From positions 24,696-88,695 of the forward strand of contig CAZOYD010000005.1 of NCBI GenBank assembly GCA_964583985.1: a stretch of DNA of 64,000 bases. Direction: 5' to 3'. Made by a program: the position numbers and the translations under genes. How positions within the stretch are numbered: the stretch's first letter is position 1; the number at the start of each line of letters is the position of its first letter. The stretch is from an uncultured archaeon. GTDB taxonomy: Archaea; Asgardarchaeota; Lokiarchaeia; Sigyniarchaeales; SOKP01. A model generated the notes under the pieces. The model made no database searches and had not been told where the DNA came from. It saw only the letters and a list, made by a program, of their open reading frames with translations. Below are positions 1-10,035 of this stretch, piece after piece.

Positions 1-70
1 GAATAATGATAAAATCTAAATTTTATAATATCATTTCATCTTATATCAACAAATTGAAATTTAGAGATTA

Positions 71-400
71 GTGAGTTTAATGGCTAAAAAAAAGGTTAAA
101 TTAACCGAACCAGAAGAAGATGATATTCCAGAGGGAAAACAAGATGAAGATGGGGACGAAGTCATTGATTTATACGATGAAAAAGATGATTTAGACGAAG
201 ATTTGATTTATGATCTGAATGAAATCGAAGATGATATGCTGGCAGATGAAACTGAGGATGAAGAGTTTGGTTATGAAATCAGTGAAGTTGAAGCATTACT
301 TCGAAAAGCTAAATGTGTTCCTTGTCCTGGTAGTTCAAGTAAAAGGGAATGTAAAGTTCGAAATGATTTTGGATGCCCTCCTGATAAAGCAAAAAAGTAG
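71..400 (+). CDS. Hypothetical highly acidic protein with C-terminal four-Cys motif
   Basis: Asp/Glu-rich central region; ends KCVPCPGSSSKRECKVRNDFGCPPDKAKK (CxxC...C...C); GTG at 71 or ATG at 80. Confidence 0.75.
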   Translation: MSLMAKKKVKLTEPEEDDIPEGKQDEDGDEVIDLYDEKDDLDEDLIYDLNEIEDDMLADETEDEEFGYEISEVEALLRKAKCVPCPGSSSKRECKVRNDFGCPPDKAKK

Positions 401-462
401 TTATCTTGAAATAATCAACCTTTTTTTATTCTTTATTCTTTAAACATAATAAAAACATATCG

Positions 463-1482
463 GTGGTTATTTTAATCACAAAAAATTTAAAACGATGCAT
501 TTTAATTTATTTTGATCTCATTTTTAGCATGTTGATTTGGAATGTGAATCAGAATATTTTCGGGAATCCCTTTTTGCCTTGCTTCATCTTATCTACCACA
601 ACATTCTTGATTATTTATACTCCCTTCGAAATATATTGGAGTTTTGCGGATTTATGGTATGATAGGTGGGATCCCCTATCTTTAAAAGATTATGTAACAA
701 AATTTGAAAGAATTCCAGTAGAACCAGCTAGAAATAAGAAAAAAGAAATAATTGCCCTCCTTGTTTCATCAAAAAATAGAACTCTAGTTGAGAGAATTAA
801 TTGCATTATAATAATAGTCCATGGGTTTTCTGATACGAATGAATCACTTCAGAATTATTTTCTCCCTTTTGCACAACTTGGATATGTAGTCCTATCCTAT
901 GATGCTCGAGGCACCGGAAAATCAAAAAAAGTTGGGAGAAGAAGTCAATTCTTAAAAAGGATTGATGATTTTCAGAAAATCTTAAAATGGATATCAACAA
1001 ACAACGATTTAAATAAAAAGAGGATTTGTTGCGTGGGATTTAGTATTGGAGCATTGACCACATTGTGTGGCGGATTCGATAATGACAGGATCGACAAAAT
1101 AATTGCTATCTCTGCTATTTCTGACTACAGAAAAAATCTGCCTCGATTTAACATTATTGTCATGCTAAGCTATTTTTTGAAGGGTGTAAAACTTTTTCCA
1201 AATCGCGAAGAAAATAAAAAATTATCTCCATTATATCTAATAAATCAATGCAAGAAACAAGTTTCTGAAGAGAATTGGAAAATTCTATCAAATAGAGTAC
1301 TGTTAATACACAGTAGAAATGACAAGATAATTAAAATGATTAATTTCGAAGAAAATGCCGAAGCTTTAGATCTTCCAACAGAAAATAGGTTGATCATAAA
1401 CAAAGGAGGTCACACTCATAAAAAAAATGAACTAATTTTGATTGGTCGTTCATTAGAGTTCCTTGAATCTGACTCAAGATGA
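463..1482 (+). CDS. Alpha/beta-fold hydrolase with N-terminal membrane segments
   Basis: VHGFS oxyanion loop, YDARGTGKS, nucleophile elbow GFSIG, HSRND acid, GGHTH His; start uncertain. Confidence 0.85.
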   Translation: MVILITKNLKRCILIYFDLIFSMLIWNVNQNIFGNPFLPCFILSTTTFLIIYTPFEIYWSFADLWYDRWDPLSLKDYVTKFERIPVEPARNKKKEIIALLVSSKNRTLVERINCIIIIVHGFSDTNESLQNYFLPFAQLGYVVLSYDARGTGKSKKVGRRSQFLKRIDDFQKILKWISTNNDLNKKRICCVGFSIGALTTLCGGFDNDRIDKIIAISAISDYRKNLPRFNIIVMLSYFLKGVKLFPNREENKKLSPLYLINQCKKQVSEENWKILSNRVLLIHSRNDKIIKMINFEENAEALDLPTENRLIINKGGHTHKKNELILIGRSLEFLESDSR

Positions 1483-1552
1483 AGCTTTAAGTTCTTTTTG
1501 TTTGGTTTATATACTTAAATATAGAAAATTATCAAATTCAAGGTGATCTAAA

Positions 1553-1738
1553 ATGAATTATTGCCAAATTTGTAAGCAACCAATCTTAGATAAAGATTTG
1601 AGTAAAACTTATCAATTTACATTGGGGAATATGATTAATGGGAACTTTTTAGGCATGAAAAAACAATATTTCCATGTAAGATGCATGGAATTAGAGAATA
1701 ATAAGAATCCTAAAATAATTAGTATTTTAAATCATTGA
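1553..1738 (+). CDS. Small putative zinc-finger protein (CxxC...HxxC)
   Basis: YCQICKQPI...YFHVRC; SD-like AGGTGA upstream. Confidence 0.65.
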   Translation: MNYCQICKQPILDKDLSKTYQFTLGNMINGNFLGMKKQYFHVRCMELENNKNPKIISILNH

Positions 1739-3186
1739 AACCTAACAATTTTGTCCCAATTAGAAAAATTGATAATTTTTTCATAATAATTAATGATATT
1801 TGTAAATATAACACAACTTATACAAAAAAGATCAATGAAATCCTCCCGTTGTAAACCAAGCATTGCTGCGTTTGATTTTGAAAAACCAAGTCCTCTGGTA
1901 ACCTCAATCTGACCATTAAACCCACTTAAGTTTACAACGAATTCTTGTTTTTTTCCCCCATTTATATAAGAATCACGAGAAATCCTTGCTAAACCTCCTA
2001 TTGGTTGGATGATACCACTTGTATTTGCAACATAAATTCTAATATCATATGTGTGTTTTCCACCTCTCCAATTAATTAAGCAAAAATCTGCTAATTCTTG
2101 GATAGTATAAGGAAAAGGGTTTCGTTGTGGTCCAAATTTATTATAGAATTCTTTTTGACTGGTTTTTATAATTCTCCTTATATCCTCTTTTTTTTGATTT
2201 TGAGAGATAATCAAGACCCCCGCACCTCCAGAACCTCCACTTGGTTTTATGACAAATGATCTTTGTTCATTTTTAATCAAATATAATAATTTTTGAAGCA
2301 TCTCCTTTTCTGAAAAACATTTTGTGAAAATTAAGTGCTTTAGGTTAAATTCACTAAGAACGTCTTGAGAAAAAAAACTAGCTAAATATGTCAAAGATTT
2401 ATCATCTGTTATTTTAAAAACTGGATTTACTATTATGGTCTTAATTTCTCTATAATTCTTAATCACGTCGTTATTAAAATTTTTATCATTAAAACGCCTT
2501 GCGATACCATCTCCAATTAAAACATGGATTTTTTCCTCTTTCAATCTAACCCAATTATTACTATAAGAAATTAAGGAAGAGATTTGATTATAATCCGCCA
2601 CGAGAAAGATAAGTTCTGCTTTGTAATTAGGATCATAGTTGGATATATTAAAGATTTTTAAAGTAAAACCTTCCTTTTTCATTCTTTTTCTTAAATATTC
2701 AATCAAGATAACTTTTTCATGAATTAACCTGTCGTCTATAGGTAATCCAATGAGTATGAGAACTTTTTCGGTTCCTTCCTTTCTTTTTTGAATAGCCTTT
2801 TCAATTGCTTGATAATAACCTTGATAAAGCATTTCTTGTTGTTTAATAGTTAGAATTGAAAGTCCACGATGTGAACCACCATTAGTTTCCAATAGGAAAA
2901 ATTTATTGCCATTGTTATTATTACTGACCATGAAATCAATACTTCCTACATAGAAAGCATCCTGATGAGTTATAACATTTACTTTTTTATCCGTTAACTT
3001 CTTTAGCGCTTCAGATCGTACTCCATCTATGAATGAATCGTCTTGTGACTGCCTTAAATCTGCGAATGAAATTAAATTAAGACCTAAGGATTCTCCTAAT
3101 TTTATCAGTTCTAAATCTGAATCGGTAATATTCTTAGACATTAAATTTAGAAATTTGGCAAATAAATTGTCTACTAAAAAAATCAC
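1732..3186 (-). CDS. Circularly permuted ATP-grasp amide-bond ligase (CP_ATPgrasp-like)
   Basis: N-terminal GSIDFMV...FLLETNGGS (D...ExN metal motif); C-terminal VIKPSGGSGGAGV, TIQE, YDIRIYV, GGLARIS, VVNLSG; start may be ATG 3141. Confidence 0.8.
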   Translation of the reverse strand: MIFLVDNLFAKFLNLMSKNITDSDLELIKLGESLGLNLISFADLRQSQDDSFIDGVRSEALKKLTDKKVNVITHQDAFYVGSIDFMVSNNNNGNKFFLLETNGGSHRGLSILTIKQQEMLYQGYYQAIEKAIQKRKEGTEKVLILIGLPIDDRLIHEKVILIEYLRKRMKKEGFTLKIFNISNYDPNYKAELIFLVADYNQISSLISYSNNWVRLKEEKIHVLIGDGIARRFNDKNFNNDVIKNYREIKTIIVNPVFKITDDKSLTYLASFFSQDVLSEFNLKHLIFTKCFSEKEMLQKLLYLIKNEQRSFVIKPSGGSGGAGVLIISQNQKKEDIRRIIKTSQKEFYNKFGPQRNPFPYTIQELADFCLINWRGGKHTYDIRIYVANTSGIIQPIGGLARISRDSYINGGKKQEFVVNLSGFNGQIEVTRGLGFSKSNAAMLGLQREDFIDLFCISCVIFTNIINYYEKIINFSNWDKIVRFQ

Positions 3187-3294
3187 CTATCATCAAGATT
3201 GAGATATAGTGAATTTATGACATGTAAAGATATATTTTTTTGTATAATCTCCACTAAAGATTAAAAAATATTAAAAATAAGTGAACTAAGCAAT

Positions 3295-4500
3295 TTATAA
3301 GTATAAATATCCTTGATGATTACCTTTGGTGCTCAATCTCAAACTTCCAAGAATAATTTTTTTTACTTGTGCTTGCTCCTTGTAATTCAAATCTGAAAAA
3401 AATAATATGTATCTTTTTTCGAGATTTATTACAAATAGTAAACCAATTTTGATTAGTTTGGAATCTTCGGTCATTAACGAGATTATTACATAATGATAAG
3501 GCAAATTAACTAAGCTCCCAACATTTATTTCCTGTTCAACTAGCGTGTTATTTTCCATATCAAAATCCATTTTAATGAATTTAATATCCTTTAAGGGCAT
3601 AGAAATTTTTCTATAATTTTCTAAAATTTTCGCAAATTGACTTTGTCTTAAAAATCTTCTTTCTTCCTTATCCTTATCATAGAAATATTTATTCTCTTGT
3701 TTAATTAAAAATATTTTTCTCTTTTTTGATTTAGCAGCATTTTTTTCTATCTCTTTTAATTCCTCAATAGTATCATCATGAAATACAATAATAATGTCTG
3801 GATCAACAGTTTCTATGAAATAATTTTTATATACAATTCCTGCCTCAGTTTTTATCCAACCATCACTATCTATTAATATGACGTTTGTTTCTTTATGCTT
3901 TTCTAAATAAGAATCAATTAAACTATTACAAGAATGTGCAACAATGAATTTATAATTTGATTTTGGAAATGTACTCCCTATGAATATAGTATCTTCAGTT
4001 TCGACATTTTCACTTGAAATTATATAATCCTTTATTTCGCCAATATTTAGGGTTGTTGGAAGATACATCATTTGCTGCCCTAAATCTGAATCAAGATACG
4101 CTCCTTTGTATCCTGCTCTCAAAATATTATTGGCTAAATACTTTATTAAAGTCGTTTTACCACCACTTATCCCTAACACCATCACTTTTAATGGGTTTGT
4201 TTCACCTTTTTTTTTAATTTCCTCTAAAATTTTATTCTTTACGTCCTCCCATTCCTTAATGATGCTATTTTCTTCTATTTCTGACAGATTGTCCTTATTG
4301 TTAGTATAAACATCTAATTTGGACGATTCAATTGAATAGATTGGATATACATTTGCGCCTGGAACAATTATTGTATTTTTTTTTTCAATTTTGTCAGGTA
4401 CAAAAATCTTTCCGAAAACTTCTATCTTGCCCTCCACTAAAACTATTCGTGTAGGACCTTGAACCAATAATGTATGACCTTCTGAAATATTCTTTATCAT
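3295..4500 (-). CDS. clp1: Clp1/Grc3/Nol9-family polynucleotide 5'-hydroxyl kinase
   Basis: P-loop-like GISGGKTT, DSDLGQ, IDSDGW, lid ERRFLRQ; N-terminal LLVQGP...EGKIEVFG domain; ATG 4500 preferred to 4548. Confidence 0.85.
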   Translation of the reverse strand: MIKNISEGHTLLVQGPTRIVLVEGKIEVFGKIFVPDKIEKKNTIIVPGANVYPIYSIESSKLDVYTNNKDNLSEIEENSIIKEWEDVKNKILEEIKKKGETNPLKVMVLGISGGKTTLIKYLANNILRAGYKGAYLDSDLGQQMMYLPTTLNIGEIKDYIISSENVETEDTIFIGSTFPKSNYKFIVAHSCNSLIDSYLEKHKETNVILIDSDGWIKTEAGIVYKNYFIETVDPDIIIVFHDDTIEELKEIEKNAAKSKKRKIFLIKQENKYFYDKDKEERRFLRQSQFAKILENYRKISMPLKDIKFIKMDFDMENNTLVEQEINVGSLVNLPYHYVIISLMTEDSKLIKIGLLFVINLEKRYILFFSDLNYKEQAQVKKIILGSLRLSTKGNHQGYLYL

Positions 4501-4590
4501 AAATTTCTCATTTCTATTAGTATTGTTATGACCAAAACATACTCGCAATTAATGTAATTAATTAATGAAAATATACTTTATTTTTCTCTT

Positions 4591-5031
4591 TCAAATTTTA
4601 AGTTCATGAATATGAAGGATATCTTGAAATCCTAATTTTGTAAACAAAATTGTCGCTGTTTTATCTAAATTAGGAATAAGAGCTAATTTTATTGATTGGA
4701 TGTGATTTCTCTTGAAATAATCAACTGCATTTCTCATTATTAACTCTCCTATCCCATTTTTATCATCTAACACTATTAAATTCGAGACATATCCAAATTT
4801 AGATCCATTACCCGATTTCTTTATAGAGCATTGTGCAATACCTAAAACCTCCGAATTATTCTTTTCATCGAAAGCAGCTAACACTCTTGATTGGGATTCG
4901 ATAAACTTACTCTCCGTTAAATTAGTTCTCCATCTTTCTTCATTGAAATCCCTCCCTTTTACTTTGCAAAGATGTTTCATTAATGAGGTGATCTCATCTA
5001 TATCGCTTTCAGAAAATTCTCGGACAATCAT
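4591..5031 (-). CDS. GNAT-family acetyltransferase
   Basis: IVREFSESD start, YVSNLIV...NGIGELIM (motif A, shortened), LFTKLGF. Confidence 0.75.
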   Translation of the reverse strand: MIVREFSESDIDEITSLMKHLCKVKGRDFNEERWRTNLTESKFIESQSRVLAAFDEKNNSEVLGIAQCSIKKSGNGSKFGYVSNLIVLDDKNGIGELIMRNAVDYFKRNHIQSIKLALIPNLDKTATILFTKLGFQDILHIHELKI

Positions 5032-5156
5032 TATTTTATTAGCTTAATTCAAAAAACTTGTAAATAAAATTTCTTAAATATCCTTTATAATAAATGATTT
5101 TTTTTTAAGTTTTTTCAATATCTCTTGAATTGAATACTATTAAATTAGAAATATAG

Positions 5157-5714
5157 TTATTTTTTAAATTTTTGATAACAAGGAATGCACATTTTACTCT
5201 GATGATAATCAACAATTCTCGAACTCATGGTTAATTCTTTACAAACATCACATACTATAGATTCTTCTATTTGAGCTTTTGGAGGAGGATTATACTCCAC
5301 TTCTTCGATATCAAATATGTCTTCAATATTAGATTCTAATAATAATTTCACTTTCTCATCTCTTGTAACTTTCTTTTTATCAAATGACGTACTTTTTAAT
5401 GATAATCTTACACCTTTTTTTGCTTTTCTACTGAAAATTGTAAAGTTATTTTTCCCATAATCTCGATAAATTAAATTTCCTTTTCCAAAGGTTGTTCCTA
5501 ATAAAGCTTGTAAAGCATCAACACTACAATTATCATTTTCAACAATTGCTACTAATTCCTCATCAGGAGAATGTTCATATCCATTTTCAATAGCATATTT
5601 TGCAACTAATACGCCTATTACTACTCCTGGACAAATATGTCCATGGAAAATGGTTGCTTTTTTCATCAATTCGTTTATATCCATCTTATTAAACCCTTCT
5701 AAGGAGTTAATCAT
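5157..5714 (-). CDS. fmdE: FmdE/FwdE-family protein with C-terminal zinc finger
   Basis: FHGHICPG, ENDNCSVDALQ, TFGKGNL, DYGK, C-terminal CDVC...CIPC; start may be ATG 5684. Confidence 0.9.
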   Translation of the reverse strand: MINSLEGFNKMDINELMKKATIFHGHICPGVVIGVLVAKYAIENGYEHSPDEELVAIVENDNCSVDALQALLGTTFGKGNLIYRDYGKNNFTIFSRKAKKGVRLSLKSTSFDKKKVTRDEKVKLLLESNIEDIFDIEEVEYNPPPKAQIEESIVCDVCKELTMSSRIVDYHQSKMCIPCYQKFKK

Positions 5715-5748
5715 TTTCTTTAAGTATAAATCACACGTTCTAATCCAT

Positions 5749-5973
5749 TCATTTTAAATAATTATTTTTGATATCTAAATATCTCTTTTTTGTTTTCTCT
5801 GCATCTTCAGAATTATTACATTTCATGTAATTTGAATAGGCTTGGTTTAGAAGCTCCAAGGATTTCTCGTATTCTTTATTCTTAAAATGATTTTCAGATA
5901 ACTCAACAAGATAATCTCCTTTTGTTTGAAAAAATTTCATAAAGTCTTTTCCCGTATTTATCTTATTATCCAT
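5749..5973 (-). CDS. Small TPR-like helical protein
   Basis: Helical pattern HFKNKEYEKSLELLNQAYSNY. Confidence 0.55.
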   Translation of the reverse strand: MDNKINTGKDFMKFFQTKGDYLVELSENHFKNKEYEKSLELLNQAYSNYMKCNNSEDAEKTKKRYLDIKNNYLK

Positions 5974-6053
5974 GATTTCACTTATGTTAAGTTGGTAGAT
6001 CGTGATATATTATACTTATGAATATATAAAGTAATAAAATTACCTAAATTATT

Positions 6054-7493
6054 CTATTTTTTTTGTTCAGATTGTGTACGATATTCATTCATATTTATAA
6101 CTTTTCCCTTCAAACGGGATTCTTCTGCAGCGAATGCCATCAAGTGGCTTTCCAAACTCTCACGAGCATTGGTTAATGGTTGATTTTTATTCGAATCAAG
6201 TATTGCATTAATGAATTCCTCGACAAGAATAGAATCACCTCCCCCATGACCTGATGAATCTGAAGATAAATGACTTTTAAAGATTATATTCTCAGAACCA
6301 GAATAAGGATCTCGTAATAAAATCTCTTGATATGAATCACCAAATTCTCCTATTAAAGTGGATCTTGTTCCATCAATCCTTATTGTACGTCCTTCTCGAT
6401 CACTGAATCCGTGCATTGTCAAATTAGTTGTCACACCATTTTCAAATTCAATGTTCACTATTTGATGATCTACAACATTATTATCACATTTATAAACACA
6501 TCTTCCATAAAAACTTCGTTTTAGTATCATCATTTTCGCTTCATAAGAATAATCTCCCGCAATTTCTTCTGGTTGTCCAAAATACAAGGGTTCAACAGGC
6601 CAATCTTTCCAATTTACTAAAGGTTTTAAAGATTTAATTATTTTTGACAAAAAATTTAAGGTTTTTGGATGATATTTCCGCAGGTTGGAAACAAATTTAT
6701 AAAATTTTTTTTGACTTAGTTTCAAAATCTGCAATATAGGCTCAATATCAATATATATTCTTGGTGCATAATATAAACAAGTTTCTTCTATTGGACATCC
6801 TTCAACACAAAATTCAGGAGCACCTTTTGGAGCATTTTCTCGTTTAAAATGTTTTAAGCTTCCAAAGGAACTAATTTTTTTTGGATAAGATCCTACCAAC
6901 CAGAATATCAAATCTAAATCATGACAGCATTTTGCTAAAATCATGGGAGATGACTGTTCAACATTTCTCCAATTTCCTCGAACAAAACTGTGAGCCATAT
7001 GGTACCAACTAACATTTTCCCTATGAGAAATATTAATTATATCACCAAGCATACCTCGTCTAATGATATTTTGAATTGTCGAGAAGAAACCAGTGTATCT
7101 CAAAACATGACCAATTGCTAAAACATTACCCGTTTCTTCGACTTTTTTAATTATATCAATACACCCATCAAGAGTATGAGCCATTGGCTTTTCCAGCAAG
7201 ACGTCATAACCCCTTTCTAAAGCCATAATTGTTGGTTCAATGTGAAGTTGATCTTGAGTACAAATGAAAGCGACATCTGCAAACTTTTCTTTAGCAAGCA
7301 AGGTTTCCCATGTATCATAACATGATTCTGGAGGGATATCGTGTAACAATGCAAATTTCTTTAATCTTGAAGATACTGGTTCTGCTACAGCAATAAATCT
7401 CAACTTATCTTTATTTTCAAGAGAATATTGACCATAAACAGTCATTCCTCGATTTCCCGCTCCAATTAATATGGCTTTAACTGGTAGATCCAT
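6054..7493 (-). CDS. Gfo/Idh/MocA-family NAD(P)-dependent oxidoreductase
   Basis: IGAGNRG, LLEKPMA, GHVLRY, KCCHDLD, GHGGGD. Confidence 0.9.
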   Translation of the reverse strand: MDLPVKAILIGAGNRGMTVYGQYSLENKDKLRFIAVAEPVSSRLKKFALLHDIPPESCYDTWETLLAKEKFADVAFICTQDQLHIEPTIMALERGYDVLLEKPMAHTLDGCIDIIKKVEETGNVLAIGHVLRYTGFFSTIQNIIRRGMLGDIINISHRENVSWYHMAHSFVRGNWRNVEQSSPMILAKCCHDLDLIFWLVGSYPKKISSFGSLKHFKRENAPKGAPEFCVEGCPIEETCLYYAPRIYIDIEPILQILKLSQKKFYKFVSNLRKYHPKTLNFLSKIIKSLKPLVNWKDWPVEPLYFGQPEEIAGDYSYEAKMMILKRSFYGRCVYKCDNNVVDHQIVNIEFENGVTTNLTMHGFSDREGRTIRIDGTRSTLIGEFGDSYQEILLRDPYSGSENIIFKSHLSSDSSGHGGGDSILVEEFINAILDSNKNQPLTNARESLESHLMAFAAEESRLKGKVINMNEYRTQSEQKK

Positions 7494-7503
7494 ATATACC
7501 CCT

Positions 7504-8604
7504 CTATTTCAGGATAGACGGAATTATTCCTTCAATTAATAAAAAATCTACTAATGTTATGGCAGTCATGGCTTCTACCACGATAACAACTCTAGGTACT
7601 ATGCAGGGGTCATGCTTTCCTTCAATCATGAGGTTAATATTTTCTTTTGTTTTAAAATTAACAGATTGTTGAGATTTTCCGATGCTAGGTGTCGGTTTGA
7701 TAGCTACATTGAATTCTATGGGCATTCCTGTTGAAATTCCTCCTATAATTCCTCCAGAATCATTTTTTGTCGTTTTAATATTGTCATTATCGTAAATCCA
7801 TGGATCGTTATGTTTCGAACCCTTCATTAAAGTGGCATTAAATCCCGAACCAAATTCGATACCTTTTACAGAAGGAATTGAGAATATCGCCTTACTTAGA
7901 TTTGATTCAAGACTATTAAAAATCGGCCCACCTATTCCTGATGGGAAATTACGAACAATGCATCGTATAATTCCCCCTATAGAATCTTTATCTACCATTA
8001 GTGTTTTAATTCTTTCTTCCATTGTTTTTGAAAGCCCTGAATTAAGGGTTCTTACTGTGGAGTTTTCCCGTGCATCTAACAAGGTGTCTATATTTACTGA
8101 CCTGTAATCCTTATTATCAACAATATTTCCAATACTCTTTGTATAGGAGAAAACCGAGATGTTTCTTGTTTTAAGTAATTGCTTTGCTATCGCACCCGCT
8201 ATAACAAAACCTGCAGTTATCCTTCCAGAAAATCTCCCAGATCCTCTATAATCCGCAAAACCCCCATACTTTTTCAACGCAACATAATCAATATGAGATG
8301 GTCTTAGCTTGAATTGATCATATTTTGAAGAGTCAACATCTTCATTTTCAATGATAAAACATAAAGGGGCTCCTGTTGTTTTTCCATTAAATATTCCTGA
8401 TAATGGTATTGCGAAATCTCTCTCACTTCTTGGAGATGTTATATCTGATTGAGCAGGTCTTCTTTGTTCGAGTTCTTTTTGAATTAAATTTAAATCAAAA
8501 TCCAAACCAGCTGGAATACCATCAATAATAATACCAATCACTTTTCCATGACTTTCTCCAAAGGAAGTGATTATAAATTTTTGACCTAAAGAATTATCAG
8601 CCAA
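7504..8604 (-). CDS. aroC: Chorismate synthase
   Basis: SFGESHG, TTGAP, RPSHID, GSGRFSGRIT, SGGIIGGISTG, KPTPSI, GKHDPCI; TTG start. Confidence 0.97.
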   Translation of the reverse strand: MADNSLGQKFIITSFGESHGKVIGIIIDGIPAGLDFDLNLIQKELEQRRPAQSDITSPRSERDFAIPLSGIFNGKTTGAPLCFIIENEDVDSSKYDQFKLRPSHIDYVALKKYGGFADYRGSGRFSGRITAGFVIAGAIAKQLLKTRNISVFSYTKSIGNIVDNKDYRSVNIDTLLDARENSTVRTLNSGLSKTMEERIKTLMVDKDSIGGIIRCIVRNFPSGIGGPIFNSLESNLSKAIFSIPSVKGIEFGSGFNATLMKGSKHNDPWIYDNDNIKTTKNDSGGIIGGISTGMPIEFNVAIKPTPSIGKSQQSVNFKTKENINLMIEGKHDPCIVPRVVIVVEAMTAITLVDFLLIEGIIPSILK

Positions 8605-8698
8605 TCAATATCACAATAGAACTATTTGATGATTAATTAATTACTTTGATATTTTATTAATTCTTTTTTATGAATTATTAAATCTAAAAGAAGAAAAT

Positions 8699-10021
8699 AT
8701 GAACTTTACCATATACCCAACCCATCTACTTCAAGGTGAAATTAAAGCCCCCGCATCAAAAAGTTATTCTCATCGTGCTTTTTTAGTAGCTAGTTTAGCC
8801 AATGGGGAAAGTTTAATAAAAAACACTCTCGATTCTGGAGATGTCAAGATTACTTTAGATGGCTTAAGAACTTTTGGTATAAATATAGAAAAACAAGAAG
8901 AACACAATTATAAAGTCGAAAATCGAGCTAAAATATTAAAACAAAAAGAAATCCTTTTGGATTGTAAGAATTCTGGTACAAGCATACGATTTTTTAGTGC
9001 CATTGCCTTATTAATAGAGGGAGGTGTTAATATTTCTGGGGAGTTTTTTGCGAGAAATCGACCTATTCTTCCATTATTAAATTCTTTAAAAAATTTTGGA
9101 GCTATCTATAACCTTGCAAACAATATACTTCATATTGAAAGAAAAGAGGAAAAATGTGATATAATCCATATTCCGGGTCATATCAGTTCACAATTTATTT
9201 CTGCTCTCTTAATAATAAGTCCAATAATTCCTTGTGGGCATTCTAAATCCATTGAAATTAATGTCGTAACACCCTTTTCATCTTATCCTTATATAGAAAT
9301 TACACTTGACGTCCTAAAGTCTTTTGGAGTTCATGTAGAAGAAATATTAAATGAAGATAATACTGGTAAATATTATATTTCAAATTCACAAAAATTGGTG
9401 GGTACTGAATATACAATTCCCGGAGATTTTTCATCAATCGCTTTTATAATTGCTGCGGTTGTCATTTCAAGCGTCGAATCTCAAGTTATCATTAGAAATT
9501 TAGATTTTGATAAACCTCAAGGAGATAAAAAATTTATCAATATTCTCCAAAAAATGGGTGCTGAAATTGATATAAATAACGTTCAGGGTATGCTTTCTGT
9601 AAGAGGAAATTTAAATAAAAACGTTTTAAAGGGTATTAAAATTGATTGTGATGGAATTCCTGATCTTTTTCCAATTCTATGTGTAATAGGAGCGTTTGCT
9701 AAATCTAAAACGATTCTTTATAATATTTCAAGTCTTAAACATAAAGAAAGTGATAGAATTAAGGTAATGATGCGAGAATTAAAAAAAATGGGAGTAATGA
9801 TGGAATATGATGGAGAAAACATCGTAATATATCATTGTGAAAAACTTGAAGGCATTGATATAGACCACGAAAATGATCATAGAATTGCAATGGCAATTAC
9901 CATAGCAGCCTTACATGCGGTTTCAAAATCTAGAATTAAAAATGCTGAAATTTTCCAAGATTCATATCCTAATTTTATCCAAGATATGATCAAATTGGGT
10001 GCAAAATTAGAAATAGAATAA
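8699..10021 (+). CDS. aroA: 3-phosphoshikimate 1-carboxyvinyltransferase (EPSP synthase)
   Basis: SKSYSHRA, NSGTSIRF, ISSQFISALL, KESDRI, DHRIAMA, SYPNF. Confidence 0.97.
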   Translation: MNFTIYPTHLLQGEIKAPASKSYSHRAFLVASLANGESLIKNTLDSGDVKITLDGLRTFGINIEKQEEHNYKVENRAKILKQKEILLDCKNSGTSIRFFSAIALLIEGGVNISGEFFARNRPILPLLNSLKNFGAIYNLANNILHIERKEEKCDIIHIPGHISSQFISALLIISPIIPCGHSKSIEINVVTPFSSYPYIEITLDVLKSFGVHVEEILNEDNTGKYYISNSQKLVGTEYTIPGDFSSIAFIIAAVVISSVESQVIIRNLDFDKPQGDKKFINILQKMGAEIDINNVQGMLSVRGNLNKNVLKGIKIDCDGIPDLFPILCVIGAFAKSKTILYNISSLKHKESDRIKVMMRELKKMGVMMEYDGENIVIYHCEKLEGIDIDHENDHRIAMAITIAALHAVSKSRIKNAEIFQDSYPNFIQDMIKLGAKLEIE

Positions 10022-10035
10022 TTTTTACAAAGAAA

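Noticed and set aside
1732-3186. Bona fide tubulin-tyrosine ligase ortholog
   Set aside because: Motif order is permuted and the TTL HLTN motif is absent; only superfamily-level similarity is supportable
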